Both the position numbers and the translations under genes were made by a program. DNA of 57,530 nt from an uncultured virus (IMG/VR IMGVR_UViG_3300033066_001794) (taxonomy: Duplodnaviria > Heunggongvirae > Uroviricota > Caudoviricetes): IMG/VR virus record IMGVR_UViG_3300033066_001794. One strand, written 5' to 3'. How positions within the stretch are numbered: position 1 is the stretch's first letter; every line of letters starts with the position of its first letter. Below are positions 24,954 through 34,689 of this stretch, piece by piece. The notes beneath the pieces were generated by a model. The model had not been told where the DNA came from. It did no database searches and was given only the letters and a program-made list of their open reading frames with translations.

Positions 24954-25019
24954 GCGTTGGTTGAAGAACCTCATGCCTTCAGGCGTGAGAGTATGTCAGA
25001 TTATTCAATACAACGCCTC
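24850..25019 (+). ncRNA. Predicted TnpB omega/reRNA (5' boundary approximate)
   Basis: By family rule it overlaps the tnpB 3' end and right end; predicted guide is the flank ATTATTCAATACAACGCCTC from 25000. Confidence 0.6.
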
Positions 25020-25091
25020 GAATTCTAAGCATATATGACTTAATATCCTTTTCTTTGTCTTCTTCTGATTTTTCAGTCATAATGATTTATT

Positions 25092-27590
25092 TTAATTAAC
25101 AACATTTGTTTTGAAATAAACTTCACTTTCTTTTTTATTATGAAGTTTTCTAACTTCTTCAACTTGAGAGTTAATTTCATCTGCATTTGATATAATCTTT
25201 TCGCCATTTTTGAACTCTCTGTATGGAGCGAATCTTGTTCCTAAAAAAGAACTATTCGGGTATTGATAAACATCAATTCTTAATTGTTTCATGATTTATT
25301 TTTTAAGGTTATAAAAATTTCATTCCATTCATGTACCAATACACGAGAGCCATTGATGATGCTAACCCAATTTTCCACATTCTTTTGCTGAAATAGCTTA
25401 ATTTTGGTGCTGATTTAAATATGTATACAATGAAATCAAAAGCAACTAAAGCTGAAATAACAGCTAGTATTGAAAAAATAATTAATTCTAATTTATTCAT
25501 GATTTATTTTTTTAGTTTCTCTTTTAGTTCATCTATCCATTTTTTAATCTTCCATTTTGGATAATATGAATTTTTGTCTTTCAAATCTTGTTTGAGCCAT
25601 TTCAATCTAAGTTTTGTTGTGTAAATCTCTATTGCTTTCATTTTTTTTATTTAAGTATTTACATTATTCAAATGATGGTTCACTACCTGAAATAATTGGT
25701 TTTTGTTTGTCAGTATGCTGCTCATATCCACATTCTTTACATTTCCTTGTCCATCTAGGTTTTTGTACATCATGGTATCCTGCGTAACTCCAATGTGGGT
25801 CTGAACCTCTACCATCTTGAACAGAGCCATAGCCTTCTTTTACTGTTTCAGGATTATAAAAAGCATTACCAAAATCGTGTTTGCAATTTGATATTTTTCT
25901 TTTTTCAGCTTCAATTTGTTCTTGAAGTCTTTTAATATTTTCGTTCATGTTATTTTTAAATTAAGTTTAATCTAGTTTAAATTCGTCTTTAATCTTACTT
26001 GTTGCTTCATCAAATATGTCAGATAATTTTCTTACTTTATCTTCAGCCTCTTGTAGCTTTTCAAGCACTAAACCTCTTGCTTGCTCGTCAATGCATTTTT
26101 CCAAATTGTTCATTATGTGATTAAAAACTACAGGTTCTAACTCAATTCCATTTACAACTATTTTAACATCGTAAAATCTATCTTTCATTGCTTTAGTTAC
26201 GATTTCTCCTGTCAAAGAATTCATTAGTTCTTTGTGTATCCATTCTTTCTCAGACAATACTTCTTCAAATGTAATTTTCATGCTTTGTTTTTTTAATTAG
26301 ATTTTTGTTTTAAACTCATCTATCAATCTTAACTTATTATCATTAATGAAATTAATAGCTTCAAAACGACTCATTTCAACGGATTGTGTAATTGTATTTT
26401 TCTTTACTTCAGCTCTCAAAAATTGTTCTTGGTCTTCGCTATCAATAAAGAAAATTAATCGACAAAATTTACCATCTCTTGTTCTTCCGTATATGTAAAA
26501 TTGATATTCTTTCATTTTATTAATCTATTTTAATTTCAAGCATTTTAGCAGCGAAATCAACAAATCTTGAATTAAATCCTAAATGCTTTTTCTCTAAGTA
26601 AACAAGAAAAGCTAAATCTAATGTGGGAGATGCTGTTCCACTCATTATCCATTTACCACTTTTAGTTTCTTTGAAAATACTTTTATATGGGTAATTTATG
26701 TCCCAATCTTCTTTGCCTGAAACCTTATATATTTTAACATCATCGTTAGATATAATAACCTCAGATAGATTTTTTTCTCTTGCAACATCTTCAATAAGAG
26801 TTCTGTCTGCAATTCTTTGGTTATTGTTTTCAGCAGCTCTCTCTATGAATCCATTCATTACACTCTTTTGAATTTTGTTTAAGTCTTCGATACTATTTAT
26901 AGCATCTTTAATTTTTGAAATGTCCATTTTTTTTATTTTTAATGATTATTATTTTTCCGTATCTTTTTTAATTACCCAAATATTTTCAATTTCTCTGCCT
27001 GTTAGAGTTTCGTATTTACGTGAAAATCCAATTACATCCGTATAAGTGTCGCAGACTTGCATTTTTCTAACAGAAGGTAATCCATTCCACCATTCGATAG
27101 CTTGTATTCTAGTACTCACTTCGGGTCTTGGGTCGTTCTTTGCCATGTTTTTACTTATTGTTTTTTACCACTCAATTACAATCTCAAATCCTTCGTCTTG
27201 CCCTCCACCATCAGTCCAATATTGTATTTTAGGATTAAGGTTATTCTCTTTAAGGTAATTGTATAATCTTTTAAAATTACACTGCATACACTCAACAACA
27301 TCTTTTTCGAATATGGTTATTTTCCAAGCTACATAAAAGTTTCCATGAGTTCCACGTCTTTTTTGTAACTCATCAGAAAAATTACAACCAAAAGCTGAAA
27401 AATGAGCTACTGATAACTTTCTTATTCCATCTGTAGCAGCATCTTTTAGTCTTTTTTCTAACTCGAAGATAGCATCCTGATATTCTTGTTCGTACTTTTC
27501 GTTAAGTTCTTTTTCCCTAAGTAATCGTGCTGCTTCATCTCTTTCTTTTTTTGAATCAGCTATTTTAGATAGTTCGGCTAATTGTATCAT
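25092..27590 (-). CDS. Run of hypothetical genes (25092-25292, 25309-25500, 25664-25948, 25967-26281, 26297-26515, 26520-26927, 26949-27146, 27165-27590)
   Basis: Tiled ORFs; 25664-25948 has CxH...CxxC; 25309-25500 has two TMs. Confidence 0.65.
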
Positions 27591-27619
27591 GATTTTCTGT
27601 GATTAAGGTTATTATTTTA

Positions 27620-28003
27620 TTACTTTTCCTTCACGGCTAAGTTGATTTCTTTAACATAACATGTGTCAGGGTAAGCACCTGAAAAAACAACTTCATCCTT
27701 AATATATTTAGCACTCATGTAAACGCTGTCCTTTCTTGATGTGTTTGGATTTGATGAGTTGCTACATGTTTTAATTTTTAACATATAATAGTTGTAGTTT
27801 TTCACTGTAATTTCTTTAGTCCAAATTTTAGAATTAACAGTTTCAGATTGATGACCATTGTTATCCCCATAAAATACACAATAAGGTACTCTATCTGAAT
27901 GAATTGTGTATGTTATTTTGAACTCAGGAGTTACTTTGTTTTCTTTTTTACAACCTACTAATGAAGTAAGTATTAATGCGATAATAATGATGCTTGTTTT
28001 CAT
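27620..28003 (-). CDS. Lipoprotein
   Basis: MKTSIIIIALILTSLVG-CKKE lipobox. Confidence 0.7.
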   Translation of the reverse strand: MKTSIIIIALILTSLVGCKKENKVTPEFKITYTIHSDRVPYCVFYGDNNGHQSETVNSKIWTKEITVKNYNYYMLKIKTCSNSSNPNTSRKDSVYMSAKYIKDEVVFSGAYPDTCYVKEINLAVKEK

Positions 28004-28023
28004 GGGTTTGTTTTTAAGTTTTT

Positions 28024-28053
28024 ATTTTGACCGTTAATTACAATACAAATGTA
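28024..28053 (-). promoter_or_regulatory. Promoter -7 plus CGGTCAAAAT element
   Basis: TACATTTG (28053-28046); CGGTCAAAAT (28033-28024). Confidence 0.6.
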
Positions 28054-28287
28054 GTTATTTTAGTATTAGTACCAAAATTGTGAGTTAAAAAGATATTAAC
28101 ATTTAAGGGTAAAATTACCCTTTTTTATTTGTTTTAAGTGTTTTTGCATTCCATGAATCTTTAATGAAATTAAGCTTTCTGTTGATTTTAACATAAATTG
28201 TTAATAACTATGATAAATATTTTAATTTTTAGTGTTTAAAAGTGTGTTTTTACCATTTTAACGCTGTTTTTTTACCTATAAAATAAC

Positions 28288-28295
28288 TAAATTTG
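28288..28295 (+). promoter_or_regulatory. -7 box for second plus-strand island
   Basis: TAAATTTG 16 nt before ATG 28312. Confidence 0.55.
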
Positions 28296-28311
28296 TAAAA
28301 AAATAAAATTA

Positions 28312-29835
28312 ATGTTGGATATATTAAAAAAAATACCTAAAGGATACTTTCAAACAGAGTTTGATTTAGTTAATAATACAAATTTTCCTGTATCCTTTAA
28401 TCTGTTTGATGTTAATACATTAAATACTGTTGAAACTCAAGCACAACCAATACTTCCTCCAAGTGTTATAAGTAATTTTTATTTAGGAGCAGGTAAAGCT
28501 CCTGTTAATTTAGCTTATTGCCCTGTAAATAACTCGGTATATATATTGAGTGCAGGAGATGATTCAATAAGTGTTTACGATTGTTCATTAGGTACAATAT
28601 CTGTTTTATCAGTTGGGGCTATCTCTGTCGGATTGGGATATATAACATATTGCTCTCAAAATAATACAATGTATATCGTCGATGGGTCTTCCGCTACTGT
28701 TTTGGTAATAGATTGTTCAACTAATACTATAGTCGATACTATACTTGGGGCTGCTACTTCCTTCTTTTTAGTTTATAATTCACTTCAAAACTTGATGTAT
28801 TTTGGTGGTTCAGGGACTATTGGAATTATAGATTGCTCTAATAATAATACTGTAAGTTATGTGTCAATACCAACAATTTTAAATCCATCCTCATATAATT
28901 CATCAAATAATACAGTCTATTGTTTAGACTTCTCAGGCAATACTGCTAATATATTTGATTGCAATACAAATACTATATTGGGTTCAACTATAGTTGTTGG
29001 AAGTTTGCCTTCACGTTCAGTTTATAATAGTGTAAACAACTATATTTATGTAACTAATAATGGTTCAAACTCAGTATCAGTTATAGATTGTTCAACTAAT
29101 TTAGTCATATCGACAATTGCATTAGGGTATGCCCCATTTTTTATATGTTATAATGTATTATCTAATTTAATTTATGTTACAAGTTTATTGAGTAATAACG
29201 ATATTTCTGTTATAGATTGTTCGACAAATACTTTACTATCTCCAATATCATCAGTTGGTAAGAATCCTTTTGGTATTGTTTTTAATACAAATGATGATAC
29301 ATTGTATTCGGCTGATTATGGTTCTGATGATTTAGGTATAGTATCTCCTATTTCACAAACAACAACTTACATTGGAGGAACTTTTAATTACAATCAATTT
29401 ATTCAAGATATTCAGGATAATCCTGCTTTAGTAAGGGATGTGATGTTTTATTCAAGCGACCCTGATAATATAAATCAAGTGTTTTTTACTTTGTTCAAAG
29501 ATGCTAATGGTAAGTCTTCTTATACTCCTCAATATCCACAATTATCAGTAGGAGTAAATCAATTTCAGGGTTCTGTATCTAAAGTTGATTTTGGAGAGAA
29601 GGGATTTCCATTGGATGTTACTCATTCGTTTTATAATGTGACAGTTCAGGCAAATAGTACTTTAAAATTAGTTTTAATTATGAAACAAATGAAAAAAGCT
29701 TACTCATTAGATGCTCCTGATATTTCAGAAAACATGGACTTAATTAAAAATGGGATTCAATACATAAAAGGGGTAGATGGAAGAAACAATATTGAGCGTT
29801 TTTCTGTATTTAATTTAGGTAAGGATGAAAAATAA
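28312..29835 (+). CDS. YVTN/YncE-type 7-bladed beta-propeller protein with flanking non-propeller domain
   Basis: Seven ~42-aa repeats such as NNYIYVTNNGSNSVSVIDCSTNLVISTIALG; C-terminal ~160 aa distinct (DANG, QFQ). Confidence 0.85.
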   Translation: MLDILKKIPKGYFQTEFDLVNNTNFPVSFNLFDVNTLNTVETQAQPILPPSVISNFYLGAGKAPVNLAYCPVNNSVYILSAGDDSISVYDCSLGTISVLSVGAISVGLGYITYCSQNNTMYIVDGSSATVLVIDCSTNTIVDTILGAATSFFLVYNSLQNLMYFGGSGTIGIIDCSNNNTVSYVSIPTILNPSSYNSSNNTVYCLDFSGNTANIFDCNTNTILGSTIVVGSLPSRSVYNSVNNYIYVTNNGSNSVSVIDCSTNLVISTIALGYAPFFICYNVLSNLIYVTSLLSNNDISVIDCSTNTLLSPISSVGKNPFGIVFNTNDDTLYSADYGSDDLGIVSPISQTTTYIGGTFNYNQFIQDIQDNPALVRDVMFYSSDPDNINQVFFTLFKDANGKSSYTPQYPQLSVGVNQFQGSVSKVDFGEKGFPLDVTHSFYNVTVQANSTLKLVLIMKQMKKAYSLDAPDISENMDLIKNGIQYIKGVDGRNNIERFSVFNLGKDEK

Positions 29836-30919
29836 TATTTTCGTAAAAATAGTTGGATTAATAGTTTGCGCTATATTTATTAATCGTTGTATTGTTAATA
29901 CAAAACATGATAAATTAAAAGAAAGAGCTGCTATTTTTTCTGCTCCAACTAAATCACCATTCGTAAATAATATTGGTATAGCATTTAGTGTTGAACAGAC
30001 TGAGTGGTATAATGATAAATCCATTAAGTATAACAATGTTCTACAAAACCAATACACATTTGAAAGATTGCAGGTTATTTCAAAAGATTTTAAGTTGATA
30101 CATATTTATTCGTTTTTAGTGGCAGGATGGGAGAGTACAGGAAATATAACTCCTGAAGCTTATTCTTTGATTAACGTAGCAAAACAAGATGATAATGTAG
30201 AAGCGGTAATCGGAACTTCATGCAATAAAGAATGGTTCAAGGTTCAGGCTAATGTACAAACGTTTATCGATTCACTTAAAATAAAATTTGGTTCTTCAAT
30301 TTATCAGGTTAAAACGATTTTAATTGGTAACGAGATAAATGCTAATAGTTATACTCAGTCTGATATTGCTACAATCATGACTAATTTTAGAGTAGCATTA
30401 AAAAGGAATAAATTAAATATTCCTGTGACTGCTACATTTAGTAATTTACCGATACAAAGCGGAGATGCTTACTCAGATAGTTTAGTTTCAGCAATAGTAA
30501 ATGGTTGGGATAAGAATTGGAACGGAAATAAGCCATTTGTTTTTATAGACCCATACCCTGATGCGAGTGGAATAAATAATGCAGCAGGAGTTTATGCTTG
30601 GCAATACGAGGTTGCACAATACTATCAAAGTAAATATCCTTCATTACAAATATTCATAGGAGAAACAGGAGCGGAAGGAAGCACTTCAGATTATAAAACT
30701 ACAATTGTTATTGATAGCGTTTTTAGTCAACTTACACTCCAATACGACAGCATAGGTAAAACAGTTCCTACGTTGCTTTTTGAAGCTGTAAATGAATCTT
30801 TAAAAGTTGGTTCTCCTAATCAGAAATACATGGGTTTGTATACAGATTCAAATGACCCAAAAACAATTAAAGTGAAAATTAAGAATAACATCAATTTACC
30901 TACTTGGTTTAAAAAATAG
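29825..30919 (+). CDS. Glycoside hydrolase, GH17-like (clan GH-A), exported
   Basis: ILIGNEI (acid/base NE), IFIGETG (nucleophile), LFEAVNE; N-terminal hydrophobic signal. Confidence 0.7.
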   Translation: MKNNIFVKIVGLIVCAIFINRCIVNTKHDKLKERAAIFSAPTKSPFVNNIGIAFSVEQTEWYNDKSIKYNNVLQNQYTFERLQVISKDFKLIHIYSFLVAGWESTGNITPEAYSLINVAKQDDNVEAVIGTSCNKEWFKVQANVQTFIDSLKIKFGSSIYQVKTILIGNEINANSYTQSDIATIMTNFRVALKRNKLNIPVTATFSNLPIQSGDAYSDSLVSAIVNGWDKNWNGNKPFVFIDPYPDASGINNAAGVYAWQYEVAQYYQSKYPSLQIFIGETGAEGSTSDYKTTIVIDSVFSQLTLQYDSIGKTVPTLLFEAVNESLKVGSPNQKYMGLYTDSNDPKTIKVKIKNNINLPTWFKK

Positions 30920-30924
30920 TTCAA

Positions 30925-31128
30925 ATGGATTCAGAAGTAGCAAAAGCATTAGGTGATTTAAATAATAGGATTTCTATTCAGGAGAAACTTCACGAAGGTA
31001 TTGGTTCTGATGGCAAAACAGGTGATGGTGGTAAGCATGGCATATTAGGTTTCATGCCAATTATAATCGGATGCATTATAATATCAGCAGCAGTAGCTAT
31101 AGTTATCGTTAATAGTAAAAAAGTTTAA
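30925..31128 (+). CDS. Small C-terminally anchored membrane protein (paralog 1)
   Basis: MDSEVAKALGDLNNRISIQEKLH...PIIIGCIIISAAVAIVIVNSKKV. Confidence 0.7.
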   Translation: MDSEVAKALGDLNNRISIQEKLHEGIGSDGKTGDGGKHGILGFMPIIIGCIIISAAVAIVIVNSKKV

Positions 31129-31129
31129 A

Positions 31130-31327
31130 ATGGATAAGGAGATTTTAGATGCTATTTCTGATTTGAGTAATCGAACTTCTCAACTAGAATCAATACATCC
31201 TAATTTGACTTATACAAAAGAAGGGTTGATACATAATATTTATAATCATCTGCCTCTTATAATTGCTGTTACGTTATTGTCTACAGCTACAGTTTTAATA
31301 GTTTTGAAATATAAAAAAGTAAATTAA
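31130..31327 (+). CDS. Small C-terminally anchored membrane protein (paralog 2)
   Basis: MDKEILDAISDLSNRTSQLESIH...PLIIAVTLLSTATVLIVLKYKKVN. Confidence 0.7.
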   Translation: MDKEILDAISDLSNRTSQLESIHPNLTYTKEGLIHNIYNHLPLIIAVTLLSTATVLIVLKYKKVN

Positions 31328-31329
31328 TC

Positions 31330-31725
31330 ATGTATCAAAATAGCACTAAATTATCAGACAATTGCCTAATACCAAAATCAAAGTGGTGTAAGGAACATAG
31401 AGAGGCTTATGATTTCTGTAATCATGTTTTATACTCAGGGAAAGTAAGTGCAAATCAATTTGTAAGCTATATAAAAAAACACATTTATCCTCATTTTAAA
31501 GAGGAAGAAAATATTTCATTCCCTTATGTGCTAAAAAAATATCCTGAAGCTAAGGATAGTACCATACAGCTTTTAAATGAGCATGTTTTATTCAGAAAAT
31601 ACATGAGAAATATCATGAATAGCAGTGACTACGATTTCATTTTAATAAATGTAATTGCTTTCTGCGAGAGATTAAAAAGTCACATTAAAAAAGAGGAAAA
31701 TTATTTCAGTAAATATTGTATTTGA
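31330..31725 (+). CDS. Hemerythrin-like (HHE) protein
   Basis: EH...HFKEEE...EH...HIKKEE di-iron ligand pattern. Confidence 0.8.
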   Translation: MYQNSTKLSDNCLIPKSKWCKEHREAYDFCNHVLYSGKVSANQFVSYIKKHIYPHFKEEENISFPYVLKKYPEAKDSTIQLLNEHVLFRKYMRNIMNSSDYDFILINVIAFCERLKSHIKKEENYFSKYCI

Positions 31726-32102
31726 TTCTTAACCAACTTTCTTCTCATTCTAAATTTTATATAATTCATTACTTCATTTTCTGTTCTCGAATCGTAACAT
31801 AACGGAACTGCCATATCCTTAGTTTCTTCAACAATTTTTAAAAATGGTTTTCGTCTTAATCTTTCATTAAAACGCATCTTTTGTATATCTGTGATGAATT
31901 TGTATTGTAATTCGCTCATTTTTATGTAATTTATTTGTTTTCAATCTCACGAGTTAAATAAACAATTCTCTCCTGAGTGCTTATTATGTTATCCATCTGT
32001 TTCCTAATTTTAATCTTGAATTCTTTCTCTGTTTTCTCAAGTCTTTTAATTAATATTGTTTCTTCCTTTGAGAGTTTTTCTAATTCATCAATCATTTCCT
32101 GT

Positions 32103-32357
32103 TTACTCATTTCCTTCTGATATTAATGGTTGTTTATTCATTGGCGATTCATCGAAACTTAAAAGTGTTTGACGAGTGTATTTACCTTTACTACAATAAT
32201 TGCAAGGTCGATAATCAAATCCTTTGTTTATGAACAATCTAATTGAAGAATAAAATGCATCCCATTCATTAGGATAAAAATTACTTTGTTTTATATGTAA
32301 TTGACTGCATTTGTCACAAATAAATGTATACTCTAGTTTATTATTTACTGTTGCCAT
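32103..32357 (-). CDS. Small Zn-ribbon-like protein
   Basis: CDKC...CNYC. Confidence 0.5.
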   Translation of the reverse strand: MATVNNKLEYTFICDKCSQLHIKQSNFYPNEWDAFYSSIRLFINKGFDYRPCNYCSKGKYTRQTLLSFDESPMNKQPLISEGNE

Positions 32358-32604
32358 GATTCTAATTTTTAGTTGCTAAATAAGCCATAATAATTTTAAC
32401 TAATGCGTGAAGGAATTGGTCGAAACCAAACACAATCCAATGCCATTTATTAGCTTCTCAATATTTTGCCAATGATAGAAATGTCCCTGATTTCTTTGAA
32501 TAGATTCAATTATTTCATCTTGTTTCTTTTTCTTTTGAGTAAGGGATTTAATTGCATCGGAAACTTTTTCATTAACTATTTGTATTTCACTTTTGTTTTT
32601 CATT

Positions 32605-32916
32605 TTAAAAATTGCTTTTTAATATATAAATATTTTCAGGAAATTTACCAAACACATAAAGGGTCACATCGCATAACCATAGTTCTAAATTAAGTTCAAC
32701 ACCTCTGTATGTTTTCAGTTTGTAGAAAGAACCATTTTGCCACTCAGTAGCGGGTCTAACGAATTCCAACTTGTCTGAATTTTCAAAATAATTTTCAGAC
32801 ATGCATATAGAAACAGAATCTTCTCCTTCGGACATGTATTCAAGCATCGTGTCTGCTCCCGATACCATTTCTAAGTCAGCTTTGCTTCCTATCCATTCAG
32901 GAAGAACAACATACCA
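32605..32916 (-). pseudogene. 5'-truncated DUF6717-like gene
   Basis: Frame continues upstream of Met 32868 as WYVVLPEWIGSKADLEMVSGADTML...WLCDVT..FGKFPENIY but hits TAA at 32919-32917 with no earlier ATG. Confidence 0.5.
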
Positions 32917-33037
32917 TTACTTTACTTCCATCTTTCATGTGAATTATGTATTGATAATCTCCCTTTTTGAATCCACATGAATACAAGAGTAATAGCAATA
33001 TTGAAATTAATAATATGTTTTTAATTTTCCTATCCAT
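32897..33037 (-). pseudogene. 3'-truncated lipoprotein gene
   Basis: MDRKIKNILLISILLLLLYS-CGFKKGDYQYIIHMKDGSKV then runs out of frame into the DUF6717-like sequence and stops. Confidence 0.45.
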
Positions 33038-33149
33038 TTTAAATGTAAATGATGTGTCTTCGTATCGTATTTAGCTAAGAAAGATGAATACATTGTATCA
33101 TCTCCACGTTTATAAAACCATATCCACTCAGCGAATGTTCTTTTCATTG

Positions 33150-33692
33150 TTAACTTTTCTTGAATTCAAAAGTTTGTTTGTTATTTAGAGCCTTAAATAG
33201 TCTAATAAAGTAATCTTTTCTTTCTTCTTTAACTTCTCCTGTATAGTTTTCAAATGTTCTTCCATTTGTTACTCTTATCTTTTTAATTTTCTTTGTAGAT
33301 AATTGCTCTATGTCTTTTTTCGATATAGTGAACCAAGCGTCTCCATCACAATTAAATTTGTTCCATGATTTTAAATTTAGTTTTGTATCATCATCAAAAA
33401 GGATAATTATTTCATTATCTTCTACACATCCCCCAAGACCAATCATTACAACTTTTAAATCCTTAATAGTTAAATCATCATCAATAAAAACAGACAAAGA
33501 GAATCCGACTGATTTATCAGTTTTTGCGCAAATTATTTTTTGTGATGGGAAATAAGATGTTTTATCTGTCATTTCATCTTTAGATGATAAAACAACTAGT
33601 GTATCAGGTATCGTAGACTTTGTAAATGAAGTCTGAGCAATGCAATTATTTACAAATAAGATTGCTAATAGTAATGTGGTGATTTTTTTCAT
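33150..33692 (-). CDS. Secreted hypothetical protein
   Basis: Signal peptide ending CIA-Q; DEMTDK, GGCVE, FNCDG motifs. Confidence 0.65.
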   Translation of the reverse strand: MKKITTLLLAILFVNNCIAQTSFTKSTIPDTLVVLSSKDEMTDKTSYFPSQKIICAKTDKSVGFSLSVFIDDDLTIKDLKVVMIGLGGCVEDNEIIILFDDDTKLNLKSWNKFNCDGDAWFTISKKDIEQLSTKKIKKIRVTNGRTFENYTGEVKEERKDYFIRLFKALNNKQTFEFKKS

Positions 33693-34305
33693 GATTGTTT
33701 TTTTTTAATTGTTTATTTTTAATTGTTTATTTATTGTTTTAATTGTTTGGTTCTACAAATTTTAGATTACGGGGAAAAACCTCTACTATTTCTCCTGAAG
33801 GTAATTCAATTATTGCAACTGAATAGTTTCCCACTCCTTCATTAAATTCTTCATAGTTGAATCCAAAACTATGGAATAATCCTGAGCCTGTGTATTCGGA
33901 GCTAAAACATCCTGTTCCCATTACTTTCTTTCCGTCTTTGTGTTCTACAGGAATCCATTCTTTAAAAATTACTTTTCTCATTTTTTTGTTTTTTTTAAGT
34001 TTAATTTATTAAAATGTCTTTAGTTGGATTTTTTAATTTTGAACCATCTGTTCTTTCTTTCATTTTAGAAATACATTCTTTCAAAGTTTTTCCTTCTTCT
34101 GAGCCAATACGATTTATGTAAGCACGTATTTTAATGTGTTCTTCATATGTTTGTTTTTCAATATGAATACTTATATAATTTTCATTATAATTAGCTGCAA
34201 ATGATTGTAGTTCATTAAACATTGAATTTAAAGATTCTGTTTTAGTAACCTTACTTAAAAGGTATAGTAGTATTTTTTCAATTAATTTTTTCATGTAAAA
34301 TGTTT

Positions 34306-34689
34306 TTAAAATTTAACCACGTATTCAGGGGTCTGATGAATATTACCAATCACTTCGCAACATCCATTAACGTATGATGCTGTTTGCATATCTGCTAAGG
34401 CAGTATAGAATGGAGTATTCCTATCTAAGTCGTCTTGATGGGTATTTATTGCGAATCCTCCTGCTACATTAAAAACTCTGTATTTTTTATTTCCATTCGA
34501 ATCAAGTAAAATATCTGAGGCATAAATTTCTTTTCCATTTTTGTCTTTCAGATTCGTGTATTGCATTGGAATATAACCATATTCTTTAGAGTGATACAGC
34601 ATTTCGTTTATGCCAATTCCTTCCATCCAACCATCATGGTCGTAAATCATCCTTTTGTCAGGAGTCCAAAATCTAAATTTATTTTCCAT
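34306..34689 (-). CDS. YopX-family protein
   Basis: KFRFW, MQYTNLKDKNGKEIYASDIL, EVIGNIHQTPE; start moved to MENKFRFW. Confidence 0.85.
   Translation of the reverse strand: MENKFRFWTPDKRMIYDHDGWMEGIGINEMLYHSKEYGYIPMQYTNLKDKNGKEIYASDILLDSNGNKKYRVFNVAGGFAINTHQDDLDRNTPFYTALADMQTASYVNGCCEVIGNIHQTPEYVVKF

Larger units (their letters stand above)
23299..24999 (+). mobile_element. IS200/IS605-family element (divergent tnpA/tnpB)
   Basis: Target TTAC (23295-23298); left guide AAAG (23313-23316) plus hairpin 23317-23337; right guide GAAC (24966-24969), hairpin CTCATGCC-TTCA-GGCGTGAG (24970-24989), end TCAG (24996-24999); no target duplication. Confidence 0.92.

Noticed and set aside
28465..29345. 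Repeated ATAGATTGTTC nucleotide motifs as a DGR template/variable repeat pair
   Set aside because: Explained by IDCS(T)N propeller-blade codons; no reverse transcriptase and no adenine-specific mismatch pattern seen.
33694..33748. Short TTAATTGTTT-like repeats
   Set aside because: On the coding strand these are AAACAATTAAAA-type A-rich leaders common before Bacteroidota start codons; low complexity.
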